Assembly (NCBI GenBank): GCA_047495785.1
Contig: JBLDXI010000025.1
Span: 248,001-312,000, forward strand
Length of the DNA stretch: 64,000 bases
DNA from: Lepidodermella squamata
Lineage: Eukaryota > Animalia > Gastrotricha
Direction: 5' to 3'
Part shown: positions 10,801 through 23,546 of the stretch, piece after piece
How positions within the stretch are numbered: position 1 is the first letter of the stretch
Layout of the letters: each line of letters opens with the position of its first letter
Notes under the pieces: generated by a model
What the model was told of the DNA's origin: nothing
Databases searched by the model: none
What the model saw: the letters and a program-made list of their open reading frames with translations, nothing else
Position numbers and translations under genes: made by a program

Positions 10801-12387
10801 GTGTTAGTAATGCGATTGGCTGAAAGTCAGGTTTTTCAGACAATGAAACAAAAATCTAGATTACCGTAACGAGTGGTAACTTTGGACAAAACGTGTTTTT
10901 CGAACATTAAAAATCAGGCTTTGCTCCTAAATTTCTGAAATTTTTACCAAAGGTGGGGACGGTGATTCTTGAATTTACTGCAAATTCTAGAAATTTTTAG
11001 AATTTTACCTGACCTTTGGCTAATTAATATGTGTCCCGGTAACTTTGGACAATTAGAGGGTAGTTTTGGACACTCATTTGCATATGCAATTTCATATGAA
11101 ATTGGCTATTGCATTATCCATGCCCTGGGCAAACCATTTAGCTTAAGAATACGGGCTAATTTAAGTTATGAATTACGAGCTCGGAATTTAGAACATAATT
11201 TTGTAAACTGAGAACTGAGAAGGAAATGGGAGAAGTATCTCGTGAGAACTGCTCTGTCCTGTACAACGATCGTATTTGAAGCCGCGCTAGTCTGCGACAT
11301 CATTTTTTTCCCCCGGTACTTCGAACACCCACCGCGGAAATGTTTGGTCGCTGGGTTTGTCATTTTTTTCACCTGGAATGTCGAACAACCACCTCAAATA
11401 TGTTTGGTCGCTGGGTTTGAGGCCTGGAGTAGCGTCCTCGATCAACTCGACGACTATAGACCCATTTGCCATGCGCTCTTGTGTTTGCCACATGGGCAGG
11501 TTTCTTGGCAGCAAGCCGTTGAGTTCTTCCTGTCAGTTTTTGTCTGACGGACCAGTAATCACAACCAGGTTCTCGTTGGCAAGTTTCTGGGCACTGGGCA
11601 CTGTAGAGATGCTTTGAAAGCGGAAGTCATGGTGTTTTAAACTACTGACTACTTCATTGCCGGAGCCTTGACTTGGACCTGAAGCCTGAAATGCCCATGG
11701 TTTAATACTGCTTTTGCCATGAAGCGAGATTAAAGTCATTGTTGCCAGTCAGATGCTTGACAATTTAGTAGTATTTTAATTGGGTATTTACTCTATTTTT
11801 AGGTGAACCCTGGTGGTAGCACGACGCAGTCTCCGCCGCAGCCGCACCCAGCCTCGGCAACTGTCGCCCTCGTGCAAATGCAGCAAGCCATCGCCCGCGG
11901 CGAGTTATCGACCCAAAGCAGCTCCTTCAGCCTCGACAACCAAAACCACCAATTCCAATCGCCTGCCCAATCAAATCGAACCCGCGAGTTGCGAGCCTCG
12001 ACCCTGCGCCAATCAGCCGCTCGCCCCATGTCTTTCGCCTCACCCCTCGGCAATAACAATGCAGGCGTCAAACGCCGCAAACTGGACTCAACCTCCGGGC
12101 ACGTGATCGACCCAGCCGATCAGATTCAACCGACCTTCGCCACGACCAGTCTATCGATCTACGGCTCGGCGAAACAGCAAGAACTTTTCGACGCCTTGCT
12201 CGATAAGCTGGTGAAACGCGTTTCGGCAGGAGGCAGTGAAGCGTGGCCGTTGGAAGAACTGCATCGGTTGTATATGCAACTTTCGAAGGTGGCGTCCAAT
12301 TCGGCGATTCCGGGCGTTGGTTCGGGTCACGTGACGGCGGCTGAGCTGTACGAGCGTTACGAAACGATTATCAACGACGCGATTTGA
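4858..12387 (+). CDS. ATAD2: ATAD2/Yta7-family AAA ATPase plus bromodomain; exons 4844(ATG 4858)-6183, 6993-7505, 9034-9548, 9947-10631, 11803-12387
   Basis: Walker A GPPGTGKT, FFMRRGADCLSKWVGESERQLRLLF, Walker B IIFFDEVD, IDPALRRPGRFDREF, degenerate second AAA domain, bromodomain APDYYDIIATPMDL..NALEYN; all exon phases compatible (last intron GC-AG); exact N-terminus uncertain. Confidence 0.93.
7587..7645. repeat. 29-bp tandem duplication in ATAD2 intron
   Basis: tatttccattataacgtatgttatagtat occurs twice in tandem. Confidence 0.9.
10862..11072. mobile_element. Possible truncated DNA-transposon/MITE end
   Basis: TA-CCGTAA start and three copies of ggtaactttggaca-like subrepeats (about 10875, 11038, 11059); no matching right end seen. 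Confidence 0.35.
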
Positions 12388-13051
12388 TATTATAAGTAAT
12401 CAATCGATTTCTCCAGTGCCCCTAGTCATCAATTTCTCCTGAGCTGAGTTATACCGGTTTCAACAACCTGACTTTCGTTTGATTTTAACAAATTATTTAA
12501 TTTCACCTTAATTTGCGAAGAAAACTATCTGTTCACCGATTTCTTTGTTAATTACCTAGTCGAACCAACATTTTCCTGGAATTTATTCCCGAATTTCTTA
12601 TCTCGTATTACTTCTTTAATTTCCGATATTCCACTGACTAGGATTTCAAAATTATTACAAATATATGGCTTTCAATGCATTTAATTCAAGTATATTAAAT
12701 CAGCATAACTGACGTGTTGCAATATGTTTTCCCCCTTCACAAGTCATTCAATTATTTGCGGATTGAAATCACACATGTGTGTTTTGGGTTTTTGTTATCA
12801 TTCGTTCATAACAAGTTTTATCGCGTACTGATTCATTTTGTGTTTGCGTTTTAAACTGATATAACAAGTCACTTTCTCCCGTGAAATCTCCGTTTTTACG
12901 AGCTTCCATCTGCTAAATTCTGCTTCCACCGTCTTTTGATACTACGAGTAAAGCAAAGCAATAAAATTGAATTTGCGTTTTGTTTTCAATTTTCTCATCA
13001 TCGTTTTGTTTCAATTTCTAGTCGCGATATTTGAATAGCGCTATTGTAAAA

Positions 13052-16000
13052 ATGAACAATCAAGGCGGAGGTGGTGGTGGAGGCAGTGGGCACTTGCATC
13101 GAGTTGCTTCGGCTGCAGCCGCCGCTGGTTCGTTGTTTCCAGGCGCGGCCGCGTTTGGCGGCTCGGTGATGGCCAATTTTCAGCAGCATCAAATGCAGCA
13201 CGAATCGGCACAGCAGCAACAGCAGCAGATGAGTAATCATTGCCAGACATTTGCTCAGGTACGGTAGAGTCTATGTCAATGTTAGCACAATGTAGTCTCT
13301 AATCCGGACAGTAGCTTTGAATTGCCCGCGTTATCGCGCTCTCAGTATTGCAAAATTGAAATTCGAAAATTCCACAAACAGCTCTGATTTATTGAATTTG
13401 ATACGCTAATGAACTTATTTGGAAACGATATAATTTGGACAATAAGTTCAAGCAGCAGCAGGTCATGCCCGCTTTCGACCGAAAAAGACCTTGGCTCGTT
13501 CGAATTCTCGCGCGCTTGGCTACCTGTGTTGATCTGTTTAATTCATTCCGAAGTTTGGAAGCTCTACAAGAAGAAAAAGTGCAGCCGCAGAGTTTCATAC
13601 ATATTCAGAGCCGTTTCAGAAAGTCGGTAGTTACATTATATTCATTTAATTTCAATCGTGTTTCAAGCACCGCAGCAGCAATTACCGCAAAAGGCTCTTG
13701 GATATTCGGGATTCCGAGACAAGAAATAGAGGAGCTACATGGGGCAGTTCATAGCCGTGGCGACAACGAATGAGGAAAGCACCGAGTTGATCGCGAAGAG
13801 TGAGAGCAGAAGACCTTGGAGGAAGCTGGGACTCGTAAGATATAGATAAGTCATACAAAGCATCGAATATTTTCATGCTGGAGAAGCCACTCATACAACA
13901 TTCCATCTTTATTCGAGGAAGAGATGGGTAATAATTTACAGTTAACACTGAATGATGAAGTTTTAGGTTCCACAAATATTGCGTTGGAAGACGTTTCAAC
14001 TCTTTCGACGACATCAGTTGTGACCGGGAGTCCTTAGCAGGCAATTGGACAACAATGGCCTGTGGGTCAACAGAGAAATTTTGCAACTTGTCGACCATTG
14101 AATTTACAGTATTTGAGATACATTAACCCATTGTATCCCGGTGTCCTATATATAGTACTTTCAGTTTTTAATTTATTGCCGGGCGCTCAGAAGGTTTCTA
14201 GTGACAATATTTTGCGAGTTAAATCTCAGAAATATTATCTGTCGAACGGCACCTCGCTCATAGCTCTACCTAACACCGTCATGGCTTTATTGGGAATCGA
14301 ATCTGAAGAAATCGATTTTTCCGATCAGTGATCTTCGATATCGATTTCTATCGATACAGTTATATTTATGATATAAGTCGATTAGTATGATTGATTCCTC
14401 TATCTCCAAGCTATCTGATGACACATAAATCAAGATCATGCGATACTCGGTTATAGGATTCGATTACCGAAAATCAATGTCCTATATACAGGACACTGGG
14501 ATGAAATACAACCGTGGGTATTAGACCTATTTTTTATGAAAAATCCTTTTATTCGAGTAGTGATTAGTGTAAGAAATGATTCAAAAAGAAATAATGATAA
14601 AATGGAGACATACAGGGGTGTTTTGAAGTGCAAAACTACTGTTTACGAATAACTAAACAGTAAAAAATTTAAGAAAACAGCACCTGGTCCATAGTCCGAT
14701 GTTGCATTTTTTTACGGAAAGGTATTTTAGCTGTTCCGATATGGTTTTCTTGGCAGAGGAATGCAAAATAATGATTTGTCATCACATTGGGCTATGTTAG
14801 CTATCATTTGAGGGGTAATTTTTCCTTACAAGTTAGTTCCACTCTTACTTTTTAGTTAGTGTCTTAGCTTATTTGACCAATGAGGCCTATTTAATTATGA
14901 CGTAACACATGATGAATCGAAGAATATGACCAAAATTCTTTTGTTTTCATAAAGCTTTAGAAGTCACCTTCAAGAAAATATATACTTTTGGTAACCCTGC
15001 CCGGCCATAATTTTATTTTCGCCAAAAAGTGCAATATTGACTTGGATCGGCCCATAGAAGGAAATTCTAGACGATAGAACTTATCACTGATTGCTATCTA
15101 AAGATCGCAACACCTTTTCCCTGAACAGTGAACGTCTTAATATCAATAGCTTCATCATCTGCCAGTTAAATTTACACTTCCAAGGGCAAAGGAATATTTT
15201 TTTACCTATTTTTGGTTCCGTGCATGCTCCATCCCAGTGTCCTATATGTAGGACAGCAGGGGAGGGGCTCGGGTTGGGTGGGGTCAGATAGAACTTGTTT
15301 TTGTGATCAATAATTACCATTGCACTTATAGTGTATCCACTAGTGTTTATCCGGCATCGCTAAAAATACCCTCTGGGAAACAATGGGTTAAGAGAGTTCG
15401 TAGTAACAAGGGTCTTAGATACAACAGTAGGAGTAGACGAAGCTGTAAGCGAATTGTACAAAAAGTCAGGATCTTCAAACAGATCAATACCATCTCGCGG
15501 CTGCGACAGAGGGCTGGCTGTTGAGGATGACGACTTGCAACGCGGAGTAAGAGTGCCAGGGAGCCAAGTAACTCAAGTAGCACCGAGCATCACCGGCGCC
15601 GATCGATCATCAGGTACAGCCAAAAGTTCTTGGTTTTCGGTTACACTTTGCGAACGTGCCGCAGTTTTGCTACTAGTCTTCTTTCGCGGCTCATGGTCGG
15701 GAAATTTGAAGCGCTTGCTTTCTTTACCGCCATTCTCCTTTTCCTTTTTCGAGCTCGTATCGATGAGGTCGGGATCGGGGAGGCCATCTGGTTTACCATT
15801 GTCGAAGAACGTTGTAGGTTGAAGCGCAGACGTGTTTTTGAGATTTTTCACATTGCTTATGCTTATGTCGCAGTGCGATGAGCAATTGTCAATCATTAAC
15901 AGAATTTTGCGGTCACACACCTCCATCTTAGCATAGAGATCCTTGAGCCATTTTTTAAACAGGACTTGAGTCATCCAGGCTTTGCGATTGTGTCGCCACG

Positions 16001-19000
16001 TAACCGGAAAAAAGTGGTTCCAGATAGTCTTGTAGCAGCCGATCTTCCTTGTTATTGTTAAAATTCGAATTACAGTGAAGCACTAGCCAATCTTTGAATC
16101 ACAAGATTTGGGGCGCCCAAGACCCAGTTTTCTTTTTCGGAGAAAGATTCGGAAACGGAGGCGGAACATTAACGTCTGGGGCGGTGTAGCTGGCCTTCGT
16201 TTTCTCAATATTTATTGTGTGAAATCGTTGAAATTCAGAACAGGAGGCATATTTACAGTAGCAAGATCATCAGGAAACCATTCTTTAAAATTATCATTTT
16301 TATAAAAATTGAAGCACAGTAGCGTTGTCAATAGATTCGATTCGATTAGATTCGTTTATTAGTCGAGGTTAATCGACGACTATATCGATAGAATAATTTG
16401 GATTATTTTTTGCTGATTAATAATCTGGAATAATCTCGGATTGAATCGAATCAATCGACAACACTATAGCACACTCTTAATGTTTTTTAATTTTTCGGTT
16501 TCGTTGTAGCCTTTGCCGATGTCGAGTCAGCAGCAGCAACAACAACAGCAACAACAAGCTGAGAACATGGCCATGTCGTGGAACCCATCGCACCCATCGG
16601 CGTCCTTCGCCCACCACGCAGCTCAAGCGCAGTTCAACGCAGCGCTGCACGATTCGCTGCTCGCCTCTGCGAATTCGCACACGGTGTTCGCGACAGTTCA
16701 GCAAATCCGGCAACACCTTAGCCAACAGCAGCAGCAGCAGCAACAACAACTTCAACAACAACAAGCAAATGCCAGTAACAACAACTTCGCGGCTCCGCAG
16801 CCGATTGGCTCGAACCAACATCAGAACCTGCTGCAGCAACAGTCGTCATTTGCCAACTTCGAGGCGGTTGCGCAGCAGATTGCGAACAGTGCCAGTAACA
16901 GAAGTGGACGCCAGAACCAGCGGATGGTGGATGCAGGCCAGCAGATGCAGCAACAGCAACAATCGATGCCAGCCCCGCCTCCTGTAATAACGCCGGCTGC
17001 CTCGGCGAATACTTCCGCAGCTTCAGCGTCCACGGGCGGGAATGCTGCGACGCCAGCCGATGAGGTGCGAGCGTTTGCGGCTGCGTGGCTGCGAGCCCGT
17101 AGTCGACTAGGTAAGCGTTTGAGAATTTTGTTGAGAAAAAGTACACAGAAACGCGACATCAGACGTGATAGCTAAAACCATGTCTGAAACATATGTTAAC
17201 CTACAAACATTATCTGAGGTCCCTGGGCAAACACTGATATGTTGGCTATTGATTTTTGATACGTGTTTTTCAGTTGTGGCATCGCCGACTAGTCACTACG
17301 CCGCAGCGGCTTCGTCGTCGTCGATCGTCGTTGATCTGACGTCGCGGCTGTCGAACGAACTGCTGGAGAACATTTTCACGTACCTGACGCGGCCGCAGCT
17401 GGTGACGGCGATGCGCGTGTGCCGCCGTTGGCACCGCCTCGTCCTCAACAACAAGGCGCTGTGGCACGCCGTCGACATGAGTCGCGGCCACTTCACCATC
17501 GGCCAGGTCTCGCGCCTCTTCATACGCGGGTACATACACTTCTTTACTTTTCTCTTTTTCCTTACGAAAATAAACATGAAAATATTCTGAAAATTCGATA
17601 TTTCTTGCTTACACCTGTTCGCTTTGATCATCTTCCATCAATGGGTGTGCATGGGATTGCTCGCTTCTCCCGAGAATTATAGCTAGTTTCACCCGAATCT
17701 TAAAATCGCAAGAAGCATTTTCTTCACCACTTATCCACTTGAATCGGATTTTATCGAGAATATAAAGATAGTTAACCTTAACCACATGCTAGATCTATCG
17801 AATGTTGAAAACCGCTTCAAGAAATTCCTCATGGTTCGGGAGTAAATGAGGGTCGTTGTCGCCTTTTTCATCTTGACCGACTTCTGTTCGCGCCCAGCAG
17901 CATTCGCGGCTTCAATGCAGGCCCTAAGCTCATCATCATGACCTGTCAGGAAAAATCTGACGAAGGCATTCTGTAAAGGCATTAAAATTAACACATTTCC
18001 ATAGCTGATTCGACAACTAATTTAACACATTCGTTGGTCAGATGATGGGAAATATTGCAGTTATGTGATCTCTTGAGCTAGGTTCACGGACTCTGCGACT
18101 GTCGCGGTGTGTCGCACGAAAACAGCGGAGAGACACTATCAGATAAGTAGTCACGCTTGAAAATTCTGTCGCGCGACAAACTATTGTTGTGGGAAAAATA
18201 GAACTTGGGGAACGGATCAACAATTTCCGACCGCGAAATTTAATGGTTTACTCGCCTTCATTCGACTAACATTGAGCCTCGTCATTAAGAAAAACGCTTT
18301 CATTTTGCCGCGTGGCGCGTAAATCATTTGCAAAATCCCGGGGTAAATGATCTCAATTTAAATAGTCCGATATTTTTCTTCGCCGACTCCGAGTCCATAT
18401 TTACATAGGTACCGATATTTTGCGAAGCGACTTCGATGGCATCGCGCCGGAATGGTTCTTATCGTAAAGTTGCCGCTGATGTCTCACTAGGCGTAAGAGT
18501 TTACTCGCCAGCGACTCAAACTTATGAAACATTTTCAGTGCATCGTATGAGAATAACAAGGATAGCTTTAACAAAAATCATCGCAGATTATTACATATAT
18601 CTTCAGGCACATTTCGTTCAAGTACCATTCAGCGCAGCAGAGCAACGTTTCGAACGTGCCGTAGTAACCTAGGCAACTATTCGAGATGGGACTATGCTAA
18701 ACGAGTGGGGGCTTATATTTCCGATTTCGCATGACCAAAAATGTCGCTCACCGAAGTATAATGGTTTTTTTATATAGCCAAGATGCGCGAGATGATCTGT
18801 ATCTTCAGGCGAAATACGTTCGAATAGAGTGGAATAATTACAGCAGTGTACGACAATTTCGATGCGCTGCGCTCGGGAAGCAGCCAGGACACATTTCTGA
18901 TCCGCCCATGTCCCGCATTTGCTCTGCTCGGCTACTATAAAAGTGGCAAAATGTATGATTGAAGGAAACTCATCTACGATTTGTGGGAAATGTTATGGAT

Positions 19001-20581
19001 GGCCTAATGGCATTTCTACTTCTTCATTAGCGACAACGTCTCCCGCTTCAGGTTGAAAGTTTCCAGCTCGTCGTAGTCGAGTGCCATTCGATCTGCATTG
19101 GCAATTCGGATTTGCGTGATAACGAGTGTGTGTGCATTGAATCTGAAAATCTGATCGCAGAGGGTAAAAGCTATCGCCCGTGCCTCGAACATCCGAAAGC
19201 ATACATCCGACAGTCTGTAGCCGTTCAGTCAAGGTAGATTGCTGTTGAGCTGATCTCTTCGGTTTTCGGATGCAAATGGGCTCGCTGAATCGACCGAATT
19301 GAGACTCTAGCTTGAGGCTGAATTAGAAGATAGCATAGGAAGAAAAACATATTGAATAGCCTAGTTTTCGGCGAAATCAAGTTGCATTCACGCATTGCTC
19401 TCAAATTATCTTTCCGATCAATCAAAATCGGGATTCTTGGAGTTTTCGTGGACTTCTAATATTAATTTGCTTTAATCTCTAGCATGGTTGTGGTTCGTTT
19501 GGCGTGGTCGAAAATCGCCGACAGCGACAACATGCTGCCCGGCGTAGCGCCCGACCTGCTGATGGCGACTCCGTTGCCAGGGCCATCCGTCTTCTGCCTG
19601 CAGTACCTGGACATGACCGGAGTGACGACATCGCCGAACAACCTGGCCCTACTGTTGAACGGCTGCCGCAGTTTGAAACGCCTCAGCCTCGAAGCGTGCG
19701 AGCTATGCGACGCTGCGTTGTTGGCTATCGCTGAAAATCGCGACTTGGAGGTTCTGAATCTCACCCTGGCAAGGTCAATGTCAGCCAGGGGCCTCCGCCA
19801 CGTGCTGACCAACTGTCGTCAAATCACTGAGCTGAACCTCGCTTCGTCCGGCGAATGGCTCAATTCGTCGCGGAGCAACGACAAATTCGGCGCAGATGGG
19901 GCGTCGTTTGTTTTCGAAGCTCTGCCAGCCGGTTTGAAAGCGCTGAACGTCTCGGGGCTGACCGAGCTGAGCGATGCGGACGCGCTGTCGATTGCCGAAG
20001 CTTGCCCGTTGCTCCAGGAACTGGACTTGTCGGACTGCAGATCGCTGTCTGTGACTGGACTCAGATCAATTGCGAGGAATTTGTCGAACTCGCTAGCCAC
20101 TCTCGGCATTAGCCGCTGCTTTGGACTGGAATTAGCTGATCTCATCGCCTTGACAGCACTCCCGGGTCTGAAGCGCCTTAAGGTTTGTTGAAACTTTTTT
20201 AGAATTTATCCGCCAAATCACGAAGGAAAATTTAATGGGAATTTTGCAATCCTGAGGAGTTTTTTTCAACTGATCCCCTAACCCTTCTAATTCCTCTTGA
20301 AGGGGAACGCTGGTTTGATAAACTTTTCCTAAATATCAAAATGTACTACTGATTCAGGTTCATTCCTTCGGTGGACAAGGCGCTGATAACTGGCTAGCAG
20401 CTCTTCTGCCAGCTACCGCTATCAATCAACAGGAAGTAAGTTTTTATTGAAATCGCTTAGCTTGGAAGCTTGCATTGTCGACTCTGTTGTCTAGCACATC
20501 TTGTCCACCGTGGCTCGGCCGACCGTCGGCGACCGCCGAACGTCGATCTGGGGCTTGCGGACGCGCGACATCCGCGCCTGA
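13052..20581 (+). CDS. SKP2: SKP2-like F-box/LRR protein; exons 13052-13258, 16510-17110, 17274-17529, 19483-20182, 20358-20435, 20495-20581
   Basis: F-box LSNELLENIFTYL..VCRRW; LRRs (LQYLDMT, LQELDLSDC); SKP2-type C-tail STVARPTVGDRRTSIWG; phases 0,1,2,0,0 are consistent; long polyQ N-terminus. Confidence 0.88.
13682..13930 (-). mobile_element. Degenerate PIF/Harbinger-ISL2EU-type transposase fragment (HTH region) in SKP2 intron
   Basis: SALTLRDQLGAFLIRCRHGYELPHVAPLFLVSESRISK resembles the helix-turn-helix preceding DDE_Tnp_4 transposases; frame ends early. Confidence 0.5.
14478..15255. mobile_element. Non-autonomous DNA element with 26-bp terminal inverted repeats
   Basis: tgtcctatatacaggacactgggatg versus the reverse complement of catcccagtgtcctatatgtaggaca (2 mismatches). 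Confidence 0.7.
15845..16000 (-). mobile_element. pogo/Tigger DDE transposase fragment
   Basis: WRHNRKAWMTQVLFKKWL..RKILLMIDNCSSH..SNVK is the typical DDE_1 signature; truncated. Confidence 0.8.
16320..16466. mobile_element. hAT-like MITE
   Basis: Imperfect TIRs tagcgttgtcaatagattcgattc / gaatcgaatcaatcgacaacacta; degenerate 8-bp TSD aagcacag/tagcacac. Confidence 0.65.
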
Positions 20582-20822
20582 GAAAACGCGCTTTGTTGCT
20601 AAACTTTTGTTTCTTTCAACTTCACTGCCCGATCTTGACCCATGATCTTCAACGAACGCATATAATCTCTTATCTGCATCATCTCAAGGATAAATTGTTT
20701 TCTTATTATTGATCAATAAAAATATGCCAATGATTAGTCGTAAATGCGCAGCTTGCAGTTGAAATTCCAGCTAACAAGTTCCAGTTGAAGTCCTGCGGAT
20801 TTTCTAGTATTTTTGCGAAATT

Positions 20823-22516
20823 ATGAGTTTGACGGAGAAAACCAATTTCCAGTTTCCAGTTGATGGCTGTGATTACACAGCACTGTCGACGCTTTTCATA
20901 GGGTCTTATGGGGTCCTGAGTGTCGCTGAACACAAAAAAACGAGATCGAAATTTGCCGTCAAAACTATTTTTGTTGAAAGAACGGCTGAAAATCCTAGCC
21001 TTGATACCACTAATTCTGCAGTGGATATTGTGAAGAGGACCCTTCGAGAGCTCAGTCTGTTGTCAGCAATCAGGTCTCAATATATCGTCGCACTCAGCGA
21101 TTCATTCTACTACCGGCCCAACAAGAGAGACATCAACTTCTGCCTCGTGCTCGAACTTGCCGATACAGACCTCCACACAGTGCTGCATGCGCATGACGTC
21201 GCAGGGCTTCACAACGAACCGAAGCCGTTGCCTCTGGAAACTGTCAAGTAATAGGTAGTTACATTTCCTGATGCCATGTGAGAAATTCATGAGTTTCAGG
21301 AAATTTTCCATTCAAATGTTTCGGGGCCTTGCATTTCTTCACCAGGCTCGAATCATCCATCGCGATATCAAGCCGCATAGCCTTTTAGTTAATCTTGCCT
21401 TGACGAATTTGAAAATAGCTAACTTTTGTAAGCTTTTCTGCTCTAAACCCGCAAATTGTAAGTCTTCGCACAGCTTTAGCTCGAGTATCAGCGTCTGCGG
21501 TAAAAGATAGGACAAACAAAATTCGGTCATCGATTAATGGAAAGTATAGGTTGTCCGAGGCTGATCCTCTGACAAACACACTATCTCTGTCTCCAGCCGA
21601 GGATGTGTTTAGCTCATCTGGTGTTATACCGACTTCATCCATGCAAATAGCCGCATTTGGATACCGTGCCCCTGAGTTGGTTCTCGGCCTGCCAGAATAT
21701 GACGTGGATATTGATTTGTGGAGCGCAGGGTGCACCTTGGCTGAAATGTGTAGCGGCGAGTACTTGACCCCGGGCGAGAATCCTATGGAGGTGATGGTTA
21801 TGATGATGAACCATTTCGGCAAACCTCCTTCTGATTTCATGACTAGAATCAATCCACCGCAGTTGAGGAAGTTCGTCGAGCGCTGGAAATTCAGAGAGCA
21901 TGCGGACTGGAAACTTCTCGTGGACATTCCCAAGAGTGAGAATGAAAAATTAGCCAATAGAGCGAGGAGGCTTGTATCGAAGCTAGTCCGTTGGAGTGGC
22001 AGAATATCCGCCACTGATGCTTGCAGTCATAAATTCTTCCACGGAACCGATTCAGAAACGCTGGAAAGCATAAAAACTTGCGAAATGAATATACTTTTGG
22101 AACAAGAAGGCCGCCTGCGCGAGAAGACATCTATCGAGGCATTGACTAATGAGCTGAAGCTTCAGATCAAGACATTCAGGTCAAGAGCGTTGAAAGATGA
22201 GTCCGAGACCCATGCTATTCGCCACTGTCACTCTTCCTCGTCAGTCGAGTCCATTTCTTCGCCGACCTGCTACGGTTTCCATAACGAATGCCACAGTTTC
22301 GAGCAAACCAGTAGTGTTCACCGCGAGGTTAAATCTACGCAGGAATCTGCGGTGAATAATTTTATAGTCTATACTATGAATGTGCCGTGAAATGTGTCTT
22401 ATCTTTTTCAGAAGCGCAAAGACACTGTTCGTCGCAAGATGGCAATGCAGGAGTGCTCCGCTATTTATTTTTCTGGTGAATTGGAAGTATTTCTCGCAAG
22501 TGATATGATGATATGA
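20823..22516 (+). CDS. MAPK-like (CMGC) probable pseudokinase; exons 20823-21247, 21300-21427, 21474-22351, 22412-22516
   Basis: FAVK, KRTLRELSLL, HRDIKPHS, KIANFSLAR (DFG replaced by NFS), YRAPELVLG, IDLWSAGCTLAEM; last intron is inferred (unspliced stop at 22390); AATAAA at 22611. Confidence 0.8.
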
Positions 22517-23376
22517 TTATGTGAAGAAAATGAACCCTTCTAGCTGGCCGAAAGGGTTCAGAGTTCGTCGAAATTATTGCACGATGAAATTTTCAAGAGT
22601 CATGGGAACTAATAAACCAAATTGACGTAGTTTCTTGCTTTACGTCAAGATTTAGCAATGTATTAAGGTACCTGGTACCTGGTGCCTGGCGTTTTCTGTC
22701 TTTCCAGAACGGTTCATGACTCATGACTACCGACGAGATTACCCAAAATGTAAAATTTCCTGCCATTCATACCTACCATGCATAGAGCATAGAGCTCTTC
22801 AAGTCATGAAAAACGCCGTTGTCCGTTTTTCAAAATTCGATCCAAGTGTCGAGAACAAAGAAAACGTGATTGGGTGTTTTGTGTTTTTGAAGATTCTGAA
22901 GTAGTTCATGGGGTGAAACTCGGGAGACTGGCCCATAACAAAATGCTGCCGCTCCCTTGATGGTCGAACCAACAATTTTACAACCATGAGCATATCCACG
23001 AGCCAAGCTGCTGTAAAGGCACATATGACTGATGAATATTTAAATGACACGAGCCACTCGCCTGACCTTGAATCGGCAAGGTCCAAATGTTTGAAAAACA
23101 GTCGTCTAATTACTCTGGTTTCCGCGCAAAACGAACAAATCTTTCGCCTTTTACTAAAGATTTCCGTGCGTGGGAACATTCAATGAGCCTTCGGGCGATT
23201 TCTTGGGCTTCTCTCTCGACGAGAAGCGATAATGCAAGCATACAAAGACTCGCGAGGCGCCAACGTTCACAGCAATGATGCACGCCTTTTCAACTCAACG
23301 CCAAGATTGCCTTTCATTTGCGACGCAGTTCACGCCAAGGTGAAATACTCTTTCCCGCAGTGCCGTCACGTGAAGC

Positions 23377-23449
23377 GGTTCGGTGGTGTAGTGGTTATCA
23401 CATCTGCCTAACACGCAGAAGGTCGCCGGTTCAATCCCGGCCCGAATCA
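23377..23449 (+). tRNA. tRNA-Val(AAC)
   Basis: GGTTCGG...CCGAATCA cloverleaf, anticodon loop CT-AAC-AC, downstream T-run. Confidence 0.95.
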
Positions 23450-23546
23450 GCTGTATGCTTTTTGGCTATACGAAAAACTAGCTTTTAACTGTCAATAAAT
23501 TAAAAAAATTGAACCGCCTGCCACTGTCTCGAGTTCAATGTGACTC

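Noticed and set aside
17731-19425. Short minus-strand ORFs in the SKP2 intron
   Set aside because: No recognisable domain or coherent exon chain; possibly decayed repeats
23109-23376. Leader of the tRNA cassette as an SL RNA or 5S gene
   Set aside because: No recognisable leader exon, Sm site or 5S boxes by eye
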